A stretch of DNA of 64,000 bases from a virus (taxonomy: Duplodnaviria > Caudoviricetes): positions 120-64,119 of IMG/VR virus record IMGVR_UViG_3300044568_000868. One strand, given 5' to 3'. The notes under the pieces are model-generated. The model saw only the letters and a list, made by a program, of their open reading frames with translations. It made no database searches and had not been told where the DNA came from. A program made the translations under genes and the position numbers. This document shows, piece after piece, positions 26,361-34,805 of the stretch. Numbering within the stretch: the first letter of the stretch is position 1; every line of letters begins with the position of its first letter.

Positions 26361-26552
26361 CTGTGATGAGCTTACTAAAAGAGCCAACAAATATCGCATG
26401 ATAGGAGTATTATTAACAGCCGTCCTTATTGCTTCCATGGTATTAAATGCCACTCTGTTGGCGCATTGCTAGGATAATATGGCACTTAAACAAACGAACA
26501 AAAACCGTAAGAAGAAAGAAAAAACCTAATCCTTTTAGAGCGAGGGAGAACT

Positions 26553-26750
26553 ATGGGTGACGTTATTGATAAAGCAAATGAACAAGCCCAGTTAATACTG
26601 GAGAAACAAATAGAGCTGGCAAAAGGTGCTAAATTAGACATCTTTTCTAATGAATCTGGACAATGTTGGGAATGTGATTCTCCTGTTACAGATAACAGAC
26701 GCTGGTGTAGTAAAGAGTGTGCTGAAATGGCTGAGAGGAGTGGCTGGTAA
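26553..26750 (+). CDS. TraR/DksA-like C4 zinc-finger protein
   Basis: N-terminal D.ID.A, CWEC...RRWCSKEC. Confidence 0.65.
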   Translation: MGDVIDKANEQAQLILEKQIELAKGAKLDIFSNESGQCWECDSPVTDNRRWCSKECAEMAERSGW

Positions 26751-26980
26751 TGGATAGAGAAGATCGAAAAATGACTAGAGAAGAGGCACAACAAATATTG
26801 GATTTGTTAGCACCGGGGTTTAAACTGCCGCCTCCTCGTACTGAAGAAGAATTTCTAGCGGCTACACGACCAATAAATTTTGAGTTAGAAGAAGAAATGA
26901 CCAAAATACATGGCGAAACAATAATGAATTTATATAAGCTATACAAAAAAGAAAAAGCTTTGAAAAATGATATGGCCTAA
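26750..26980 (+). CDS. Hypothetical protein
   Basis: Coupled ORF. Confidence 0.55.
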   Translation: MDREDRKMTREEAQQILDLLAPGFKLPPPRTEEEFLAATRPINFELEEEMTKIHGETIMNLYKLYKKEKALKNDMA

Positions 26981-27293
26981 CTTTTATTTTCCACCTATAA
27001 ACCTTTGGAGTTATCCCAATATGATAAACGAAGAATCAACTGTAAAACCTGTGTGGAAACCAAAACAAAGCAATGCAGACGATATGCAAGTTGGCGGTAA
27101 CCACTATAAAGATATGGCAATACAACCTTGGACAGTAATGGAGTCTATACTAACTTATGAAGAGTTTGTAGGGTTTCTTAAAGGTAACATAATTAAGTAT
27201 TCAATGAGAGACGGTAAGAAAGATCACTCTCAAGATGCAGGGAAGGCGGCACATTACATAGCTAAACTAGCTGAGGTACAGAGGGATGATTGA
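26967..27293 (+). CDS. DUF3310 / SaV-like protein
   Basis: QVGGNHYK, GFLKGNIIKY..R.GKK, D..KA.HY. Confidence 0.8.
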   Translation: MIWPNFYFPPINLWSYPNMINEESTVKPVWKPKQSNADDMQVGGNHYKDMAIQPWTVMESILTYEEFVGFLKGNIIKYSMRDGKKDHSQDAGKAAHYIAKLAEVQRDD

Positions 27294-27436
27294 AAAGATT
27301 AAAGGTTGGTTTTGCCCACCGCATAAGTGTACAAAGTTCAGGCAGTATTATGGTTTGAATTTAAAGATATGCGATGAGTGTAAAAAAGAAACTCCCTTAT
27401 GGGAAGCAAACATAATAAAACATCAGAGATAATAAA

Positions 27437-27682
27437 ATGAAAACGATAAGAGATAATATAAACATACCAACGGCAGATATAATAATAGACCTATTAACAT
27501 CTTGGGAGCAATATCAAGACCATAAGTTTGATGAGCAGGTTAATGAAAGTATGCCACTAATGTTAGACGCGGCAGCAGCTAGAATGTACGCATTGGTTAG
27601 AACGGTACGGTTTGCTACAATGGGTTTAATAATAACTAATTTAATGTGGATTTTAAACGCAACAGGAGTACTACAATGGTAG
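27437..27682 (+). CDS. Hypothetical protein with C-terminal TM
   Basis: 81-aa ORF. Confidence 0.55.
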   Translation: MKTIRDNINIPTADIIIDLLTSWEQYQDHKFDEQVNESMPLMLDAAAARMYALVRTVRFATMGLIITNLMWILNATGVLQW

Positions 27683-27966
27683 ACGCTGAGCAGTTAGACT
27701 GGGTAGAAGAACTCGAAGAAGATGAAGACAAAGATGATGGGGTATATGTATTAGTAAAGATAGTAGAGAATGAATTAGGTATAGGACTTAGTGTACCAAA
27801 TGACGAACCAAACGGAGACTACTTCATGCATGTTATCGACTCTCTATATAAAAACGCTACAATCCATGCCCTTGAAAACTTAATTGAAAGCTGTAAAAGA
27901 AGTGAAAGAAATGTATTAGCTAAAGAGATCCGTGCCTTTCTAGACACACCTAAAATTCTACACTAG
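27676..27966 (+). CDS. Hypothetical acidic protein
   Basis: AGGAG before ATG 27676. Confidence 0.6.
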   Translation: MVDAEQLDWVEELEEDEDKDDGVYVLVKIVENELGIGLSVPNDEPNGDYFMHVIDSLYKNATIHALENLIESCKRSERNVLAKEIRAFLDTPKILH

Positions 27967-27974
27967 GGGAAGCT

Positions 27975-28250
27975 ATGAAAACCATACTATTTTTAATGTT
28001 GTTAATGCCCACACTATCTATGGCAGCGTCACTTATCTTAACGCCTGGGCAACCTATGCAAGCTATAGAACAAACAGCAGGAGGCTACACTATTATGGAC
28101 ATGGGGGGTAAAGGAAATACGCTTATACAAAATGTGGGAAATATGGAGATCATTCACCACGGAGATTCTCCGGCAACAGTCATAATACATGAAGAGCCAG
28201 TGGGAGTTCCAACGCCGTACAACCTAATCGACATGACCGGAGAAGAGTAG
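27975..28250 (+). CDS. Predicted exported small protein
   Basis: Signal peptide-like MKTILFLMLLMPTLSMAA. Confidence 0.6.
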   Translation: MKTILFLMLLMPTLSMAASLILTPGQPMQAIEQTAGGYTIMDMGGKGNTLIQNVGNMEIIHHGDSPATVIIHEEPVGVPTPYNLIDMTGEE

Positions 28251-28579
28251 TGACCCCAGAAGGAGTTATCAAGAAGCAAGTAAAAAGTATACTTGCTGAG
28301 GTAGGAGCATGGTATTGTATGCCTGTAGGGTCTGGTTACGGTAAGTCGGCTATCCCAGACTTTATAGTTTGTCATCAAGGATATTTAATAGCTATAGAAA
28401 CAAAAGCTGGCAACAAGCAAGCGACAGCTATACAGGCTAGAGAAATAGAAAGAATAAAAACTGCCAAGGGCTTTGCCTTTGTGATAAATGAAACTAACAT
28501 AGGACACTTAAAAGAATGGTTATTATTGGAATCGACTTTGAAACCTACTACGCCAAGGATTACTCCCTCTCAAAAATAA
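28250..28579 (+). CDS. VRR-NUC domain nuclease
   Basis: TPEG, IPDF, AIETKA, T..Q...I. Confidence 0.8.
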   Translation: MTPEGVIKKQVKSILAEVGAWYCMPVGSGYGKSAIPDFIVCHQGYLIAIETKAGNKQATAIQAREIERIKTAKGFAFVINETNIGHLKEWLLLESTLKPTTPRITPSQK

Positions 28580-30321
28580 GCACACAAGCGTATGTAGATC
28601 ACCCTCACTTCGAGGTTATCGGAGTTGCAGTAAGAGTTAATGACGAACCAACTGAATGGTTTAGTGGCACGATGGAAGAGACACAGGTCTGGTTAAATAA
28701 GTTTGACTGGGCAAATGCTTGGGTCTACGCACATAATGCCATGTTCGATGCGACTATATTGACATGGAGGTTCGGTATAAAGCCTAAGTTGTGGATAGAT
28801 ACATTATCTATGGCTCGCGCTGTACATGGTACAGAAGTAGGTGGATCACTAGCTAAACTTGCTATTCATTATGGGCTAGGTGAGAAAGGCACAGAGGTTG
28901 TCAGTGCGCTAGGTAAACGTAGAGTAGACTTTACTGAGGAAGATTTAGATAAGTACGGAGAGTATTGTATTAATGATGTTGATCTTACTTATGGACTATT
29001 CCTAAACTTAGCACCGCATTTTAATAAGACCGAGATGAAGCTTATTGATATGACCATACGTATGCATAGTGAACCCCAGTTTATCTTAGACATACCCACA
29101 CTTGAAGACCATTTATACCATACTAAGAAACGTAAGGAAGAGCTGTTAAGTGCAAGCGGTATAGCTAAAGAAGACCTTATGAGCAACAATAAGTTTGCAG
29201 ATATATTAAGATCCTATGGTGTTACCCCTCCACTAAAGATAAGCCCTGCTACTGGTAAGGAAACTTACGCTTTCGCTAAGACAGATGAAGAGATGAAAGA
29301 GCTGTTAGACTTTCCTGATTTTGACGTTCAAGCTATTGTGGCAGCGAGGTTAGGTACTAAGTCTACATTGGAAGAGAGTAGAACAGAACGCTTTATAGAG
29401 ATAGCCAATGCAGGTGGGGCGATGCCTATACCGTTAAAGTACTACGGTGCTGATGTAACAGGTAGATGGAGTGGGTGTGATGGTGTTAATATGCAGAACC
29501 TACCAAGATCATCACCTATTAAACATGCGATACAAGCACCAGAAGGTTATGTAATAGTAGGGGCTGACCTTAGTAACATTGAGTTAAGAGTTAGTTTATA
29601 CTTTTCAGGGCAGATGGATAAATTACAAATTATCGCTGACGGTCTAGATTTGTACAAAGACTTCGCTGCCACTGCATTTAAGGTAGGTTATGACGAAGTT
29701 ACTAAGGAGCAACGCTTTGTTGGGAAGACCTCTATTTTAGGACTTGGGTTCGGTACAGGCGCTGCTAAGTTAAGGGAGTCTATCAGAGCGATGTCCGGTA
29801 ACGACATAGGCAAAGACGAAGCAGAACGCATTGTAAACTTATACAGGAGCGAGTTTGATAAGGTTAAGGCTACGTGGAATGAAGGCACTCAGGTACTAAG
29901 AGACATGCGTGATAACGTCACTTCCAATTTCGGTGCTATTAACTTAAAAGTAATGGGTAAACAAGGAATACTATTACCATCTGGGCTTTACTTAAAATAT
30001 CCTGACTTAATAGAGCAAGACGAGTGGACATACTCCAGCCATAGAGGTTCAAGACGTAAGATATATGGTGGTAAAGTCGTGCAAAATTGCATACAGAGCC
30101 TAGCAAGGTGTATAATGGGCGAAGCCATGGTGAGAATCACCAGACGTTATAAGATCGCCCTCACTATCCATGATAGTTGTTATTGTGTAGTTCCTAAAGA
30201 GGAAGCCCAAGAGGCTTTTGATTTTATAATTGGGGAGTTATGCAAGGAACCTAGTTGGATGCCAGGAATACCATTAGGCGCAGAGGGGGCATTTGGGGTA
30301 ACCCTTAAAGAAGCAGGATAA
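28516..30321 (+). CDS. polA: DNA polymerase, family A
   Basis: Exo I DFET, Exo II HNAMFD, TGRWS, motif A DLSNIELR, motif B R..GK...LGLGFG, motif C IHDS. Confidence 0.92.
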   Translation: MVIIGIDFETYYAKDYSLSKISTQAYVDHPHFEVIGVAVRVNDEPTEWFSGTMEETQVWLNKFDWANAWVYAHNAMFDATILTWRFGIKPKLWIDTLSMARAVHGTEVGGSLAKLAIHYGLGEKGTEVVSALGKRRVDFTEEDLDKYGEYCINDVDLTYGLFLNLAPHFNKTEMKLIDMTIRMHSEPQFILDIPTLEDHLYHTKKRKEELLSASGIAKEDLMSNNKFADILRSYGVTPPLKISPATGKETYAFAKTDEEMKELLDFPDFDVQAIVAARLGTKSTLEESRTERFIEIANAGGAMPIPLKYYGADVTGRWSGCDGVNMQNLPRSSPIKHAIQAPEGYVIVGADLSNIELRVSLYFSGQMDKLQIIADGLDLYKDFAATAFKVGYDEVTKEQRFVGKTSILGLGFGTGAAKLRESIRAMSGNDIGKDEAERIVNLYRSEFDKVKATWNEGTQVLRDMRDNVTSNFGAINLKVMGKQGILLPSGLYLKYPDLIEQDEWTYSSHRGSRRKIYGGKVVQNCIQSLARCIMGEAMVRITRRYKIALTIHDSCYCVVPKEEAQEAFDFIIGELCKEPSWMPGIPLGAEGAFGVTLKEAG

Positions 30322-30324
30322 TAA

Positions 30325-31002
30325 ATGAAAATACCCGCATGGAGTTTTAGTTCAATAAAATTATACGACACATGCCCTAAGAAGTATGAGTCAGAAAGAG
30401 TAACTAAAGAAGTGGGTTATCAGCAAACAGAGGCCACAATTTACGGCACAGAGTTGCACCTTGCTGCTGAAGAATACATCCGAGATGGTAAAGAGATAGA
30501 TCCAAGGTTTAAGTTTATAAAGCCCTACCTAGACAAACTCAATGCCATACCGGGGGAAAAGTTATGTGAAATAAAGTTGGGGGTAAAGAAACATGAGGGA
30601 AGATTGGTTGCTTGTGATTTTTTCGATGATGACGTTTGGTTCCGCGGTGTGGCTGATTTGGTCATACTCGATGGGGATAAAGCTTGGATTGTAGACTATA
30701 AATCTGGTAAAAGTGCTAAGTATGCGGATATAAAACAGTTAGCTTTAATGGCAGCTGCAATGTTTCTTAAACATCCAGAAATTAAAAAGATTAAAACGTC
30801 CTTGCTGTTTGTAGTATCTAAAGAATTTATAAAAGAAGACTTTGTTAAAGAATGGGGGCTTGAGATCTTTAGCAAATATGATGAGTTGTTGACCCAACGA
30901 GAAATGGCGTATAATTCAGGCGTCTTTAATGCTAAACCTAATGGGCTATGTCGCCAATGGTGTGGTACGTTAAGTTGTCCTCATAATGGGAAGAATAAAT
31001 AA
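30325..31002 (+). CDS. PD-(D/E)XK exonuclease (Cas4/RecB-like)
   Basis: WSFSS...CP, GT.LH, RG.AD, VDYKSG, QL, C..WC...C. Confidence 0.85.
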   Translation: MKIPAWSFSSIKLYDTCPKKYESERVTKEVGYQQTEATIYGTELHLAAEEYIRDGKEIDPRFKFIKPYLDKLNAIPGEKLCEIKLGVKKHEGRLVACDFFDDDVWFRGVADLVILDGDKAWIVDYKSGKSAKYADIKQLALMAAAMFLKHPEIKKIKTSLLFVVSKEFIKEDFVKEWGLEIFSKYDELLTQREMAYNSGVFNAKPNGLCRQWCGTLSCPHNGKNK

Positions 31003-31277
31003 TGCCTAAAACAAGTAAAGTAAAACTAGCTTATCAAGCTGAACGTCAAAAAGCCCCTGCGGAAGTAGCCGCTAGAGTGGCACGTAATAAAGCTAGACGT
31101 CATGCGATCGCCGCAGGTAAAGCTAAGGTGGGTGATGGAACCCAAGTTGATCATATAAGACCTTTAAATAAAGGCGGCAGTGCTAAAGATAGTAACACTC
31201 GTGTGGTGAGTACAGCAAAAAATGAAGGATGGCGTAAGACGTATCCAGAAATGTACGGAAAAAATAAAAAGAAATGA
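31002..31277 (+). CDS. Small HNH endonuclease
   Basis: VDHIRPLNKGG....N.RVV...N. Confidence 0.75.
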   Translation: MPKTSKVKLAYQAERQKAPAEVAARVARNKARRHAIAAGKAKVGDGTQVDHIRPLNKGGSAKDSNTRVVSTAKNEGWRKTYPEMYGKNKKK

Positions 31278-31507
31278 TTATTAAAACGAGATCAGTTAGA
31301 CAATTAGCTAGAGACGCAGGTCTCAATGAAGAGCTTATTGAACGTAATATAGAAGCCTTGTGTGATTTCACATGGCGTGTGGCAAAGAAAGAAAGAAAAC
31401 AATGTAACAGTAGAGTGCGTAAGTGGTTGCTAAGCAATGAGCTAGTTAAACCCCCATTAGTAGAGTTACTAAAAGACGAGGATGAAGAAGAGTACGACTT
31501 CATTTAG
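31274..31507 (+). CDS. Hypothetical protein
   Basis: Coupled ORF. Confidence 0.6.
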   Translation: MIIKTRSVRQLARDAGLNEELIERNIEALCDFTWRVAKKERKQCNSRVRKWLLSNELVKPPLVELLKDEDEEEYDFI

Positions 31508-31560
31508 AGATAATTAAAACGCTTCATCCCCGTAAGGGATTGTTAATAAAAAGGAAAACA

Positions 31561-33129
31561 ATGGAAATTATAGATAATAAAGCGCTCGTGCTAAAAACAC
31601 GAGACCCTGACAAGGTGACTCAGGTTATCCCTCAGTCTCATGTAGTAAGTCAAACACAAACCCCATCAGGTGTGGGCTACGAAGTAGCTGTTAAATGGAC
31701 ATTGGCTAACGCCAAGATATTACAGAACTTAGGTTTTAAGAATGTGCCGTCCCCTATAGTGGGGCAGTACAACTGGCCTGGAATGTATAAACCTTTTGAA
31801 CATCAAAAAGACACTGCGTCTTTCTTGACTCTTAATCAACGAGCCTTTTGTTTAAACGACATGGGTACAGGCAAGACCATGAGTGTTATATGGGCAGCTG
31901 ACTATCTAATGACTAAGAAAATTATTAAACGAGTATTAGTTATATGCCCTCTATCTATTATGGACCCAGCATGGAGAGCAGACTTATTTAAAACGGCAAT
32001 GCACCGTATGGTAGATATTGCCCATGGCTCCAGAGATAAACGCATTAAAGTCATTAAGTCTGACGCTGAGTTTGTAATTATTAATTATGATGGGATAGAG
32101 ATAGTAGCTAATGAAATAGCTAAAGGGGGGTTTGACCTGATTGTATGTGACGAAGCATCGGCGCTAAAGACACCAACTACTAAAAGATGGAAGACTTTGA
32201 ATAGCTTAATCAACCAACACACATGGCTGTGGTTACTGACAGGAACACCTGCAGCTCAGTCTCCTATGGACGCCTATGGGTTAGCTAAGATATTAAGACC
32301 AGACTCGGTGCCTAGATATATCGGGGCGTTTAAAGACAAGGTAATGTTAAAGATAACTCAGTTTAAATATATCCCTCGTCCTGAAGCACAGGATATAGTG
32401 TACAAGGTACTCCAACCAGCAATTCGGTATACCAAAGAAGAATGTTTAGACTTACCAGAGTTAACCTATACAGAAAGAGACACCCCGATAACCCCACAAC
32501 AGAGAAAGTATTATGACCTATTAAAGAAAGAGTTGTTGTTTGAAGCCGCAGGAGAAGAGGTGAGTGCAGTTAATGCGGCAGTTAAAATGAATAAACTTCT
32601 TCAGATATCATCCGGTGCAGCCTATTCCGATACAGGAGAAGTGGTAGAGTTTGATTGTTCGGTGCGATTAAAAGAAATGACGGAGATAATTGAGCAAAGC
32701 AGTCATAAGGTTCTCATCTTTGCAAATTTTAAACATGGCATAGTCACAATTAAACGGCACTTAGATTCATTGGGTATAACGTCCGATGTTATTCATGGAG
32801 GTGTAAGTGCAAACAATCGTACTAAAATATTTAACCAGTTCCAATTAGAGAAAGACCCACAAGTGCTTATCATACAACCCAAAGCCGCGGCTCATGGAGT
32901 AACACTACATGCGGCTAACACTATTATATGGTGGGGGCCTATAACTAGTACGGAGACTTATTTACAAGCTAATGCTAGGGTACATAGACAAGGGCAAAAG
33001 AACCCATGTACTGTCGTACACTTAGTAGGTAGCTCTGTAGAACGGTCTTTATATGCAAGCTTGACAAGTAAAACAGAAGCTCAAAACACTTTACTAAATA
33101 TGTATAAAAATATATTTGGACTTATATAA
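31561..33129 (+). CDS. SNF2-family helicase
   Basis: DMGTGKT, CDEAS, LTGTP, GVTLHAA, QA.AR.HR.GQ. Confidence 0.9.
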   Translation: MEIIDNKALVLKTRDPDKVTQVIPQSHVVSQTQTPSGVGYEVAVKWTLANAKILQNLGFKNVPSPIVGQYNWPGMYKPFEHQKDTASFLTLNQRAFCLNDMGTGKTMSVIWAADYLMTKKIIKRVLVICPLSIMDPAWRADLFKTAMHRMVDIAHGSRDKRIKVIKSDAEFVIINYDGIEIVANEIAKGGFDLIVCDEASALKTPTTKRWKTLNSLINQHTWLWLLTGTPAAQSPMDAYGLAKILRPDSVPRYIGAFKDKVMLKITQFKYIPRPEAQDIVYKVLQPAIRYTKEECLDLPELTYTERDTPITPQQRKYYDLLKKELLFEAAGEEVSAVNAAVKMNKLLQISSGAAYSDTGEVVEFDCSVRLKEMTEIIEQSSHKVLIFANFKHGIVTIKRHLDSLGITSDVIHGGVSANNRTKIFNQFQLEKDPQVLIIQPKAAAHGVTLHAANTIIWWGPITSTETYLQANARVHRQGQKNPCTVVHLVGSSVERSLYASLTSKTEAQNTLLNMYKNIFGLI

Positions 33130-33190
33130 CAAAGTATGGTAACCTATACACAGCCTTACGAATTTCGTAAGAGAACCAAAGGAGATAAAA

Positions 33191-33589
33191 ATGGAAACAC
33201 AAGTAACTGCTGATAAATTAGTATCAGTCTACATAAAAATTAGAGATAAACGCAGTGCAATTTTACGCGCCTATGAAGAGCAGGATAATGTGCTGAAAGA
33301 GCAGCAAGCGATGGTTTCTAACCAAATGCTAGAAATTATGAAAGAGGTCGGTGCTACTAATATTAAAACTACTTATGGCACAGTATCTCGTAGTGTTTCT
33401 ACAAGGTTCACTACTAATGATTGGGGAAGTATGTATGCCTTTATAAAAGAGCATGACGCCATGCATCTTATGGAGCAACGTATTAGCCAAGGTAATATGA
33501 AAAGATTCCTGGAAGAAAATCCAGATCAACTGCCCATCGGGCTTAACAGTAGCAGTACATATACAGTGTCTGTTCGCAAAGCAAAATAA
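33191..33589 (+). CDS. Replication-module hypothetical protein
   Basis: AGGAG RBS; YIKIRD..., T.YGTV, DW..Y.FI. Confidence 0.7.
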   Translation: METQVTADKLVSVYIKIRDKRSAILRAYEEQDNVLKEQQAMVSNQMLEIMKEVGATNIKTTYGTVSRSVSTRFTTNDWGSMYAFIKEHDAMHLMEQRISQGNMKRFLEENPDQLPIGLNSSSTYTVSVRKAK

Positions 33590-33601
33590 GGAGTAATTGA
33601 A

Positions 33602-33835
33602 ATGAAATTTGACGAGAATTTAGATGAGGGCTATGATGACCAGCTCACAGATGACCAGTGGTTGTCCACTGCGGAAGTATTGGCTCTGCTAAAGATAAGT
33701 CGCCAGACTCTGGCGTCCTTTAGAAATAAAGGGTTAATAAAAGCCTACCGTAAAGGCCTGTCGGGCACAAACATATATAACAAGGCAGAACTTGCTGACT
33801 TGATAGTAAAATCAAACACAATTAGGAGCGTATAA
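33602..33835 (+). CDS. Excisionase-like winged HTH protein
   Basis: WLSTAEVLALLKISRQTL...GLI. Confidence 0.7.
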   Translation: MKFDENLDEGYDDQLTDDQWLSTAEVLALLKISRQTLASFRNKGLIKAYRKGLSGTNIYNKAELADLIVKSNTIRSV

Positions 33836-33836
33836 C

Positions 33837-34739
33837 ATGGCAAACGATATAGCATTATTTAGAGAAGCAGGAGCGACAATCCCAGCACACTTACGTACTG
33901 GCGCTTTAGATAGTTTAACCAAGAGCCTTATGGGTAGCAGTGGTAGTAACAAGACTATCTCTATCAGAGGTGGAAGCTTCCGTATGGTTGTGGATGGTCA
34001 AGAAGTTATGGTTAGTGAAGACCGTGCGCTTGATGTTGTTATTGTTAATGCAGCACCACATATTAGCCGTACTTATTACGAAGGTGCTTATAAAGAAGGT
34101 GAGAAGTCCGCCCCTGTATGTTGGTCTAACGATGGTACTAAGCCAGATCCTTCTTCTGAAAGCCCACAAGCGAGTGCATGTGCTGTATGCCCAATGAATA
34201 TAAATGGTTCGGGTCAAGGCACTTCAAGAGCTTGTAGATTCAATCGTAGATTGGCTGTTGTTGTTGGGTCACCTCATGAGAACAGTGATATTTACCGTAT
34301 GGTTATCCCTGCGCAATCTATTTTTGGTAAAGCTGAAAACGGTAAAATGCCTTTAGGTGCATATGCTAAATTCATTGGGGGTCATGGGTTAACTATCTCA
34401 AGTGTACTTACAGAGGTTCGTTTTGATGCTAGTTCTACTGCACCTAAGTTAACATTTAGAGCGGCTAGGGCGTTAACTGTAGAAGAGATTGAAGCAGCGG
34501 GTGTCTTAGGTAGAGACCAACAAGCATTAGATGCGGTGATCTATAATCCTGTAGTAGCTGATAGTAACAAAACTCCAACGGCTGGTTATATCCCTGCACC
34601 TGCGGCGCCTGTATTCCGTGAAACTAAAGTGCAACCTGCTCCAGAAGTGGAGCCTGTGGTAAGGGAAAAGAAAGCCGCTCCTGCTCCTGCTAAGGATCTT
34701 GCTGATGTTCTAAGTCAATGGGGAGATGACGAGGACTAA
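33837..34739 (+). CDS. Putative ssDNA-binding protein
   Basis: Between helicase and primase; acidic C-terminal tail WGDDED; Cys cluster. Confidence 0.5.
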   Translation: MANDIALFREAGATIPAHLRTGALDSLTKSLMGSSGSNKTISIRGGSFRMVVDGQEVMVSEDRALDVVIVNAAPHISRTYYEGAYKEGEKSAPVCWSNDGTKPDPSSESPQASACAVCPMNINGSGQGTSRACRFNRRLAVVVGSPHENSDIYRMVIPAQSIFGKAENGKMPLGAYAKFIGGHGLTISSVLTEVRFDASSTAPKLTFRAARALTVEEIEAAGVLGRDQQALDAVIYNPVVADSNKTPTAGYIPAPAAPVFRETKVQPAPEVEPVVREKKAAPAPAKDLADVLSQWGDDED

Positions 34740-34753
34740 GTTTTATCCCAGAT

Positions 34754-34778
34754 AGGGGGTGTTATCACCCCCTTTTTT
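34754..34778 (+). terminator. Rho-independent terminator
   Basis: AGGGGGTG-TTAT-CACCCCCT then T run. Confidence 0.85.
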
Positions 34779-34805
34779 AGCACTAATTTATACGGGCATA
34801 GAGCT

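Noticed and set aside
30325-31002. Cas4-like nuclease as evidence for CRISPR-Cas
   Set aside because: Stand-alone PD-(D/E)XK exonuclease in the replication module
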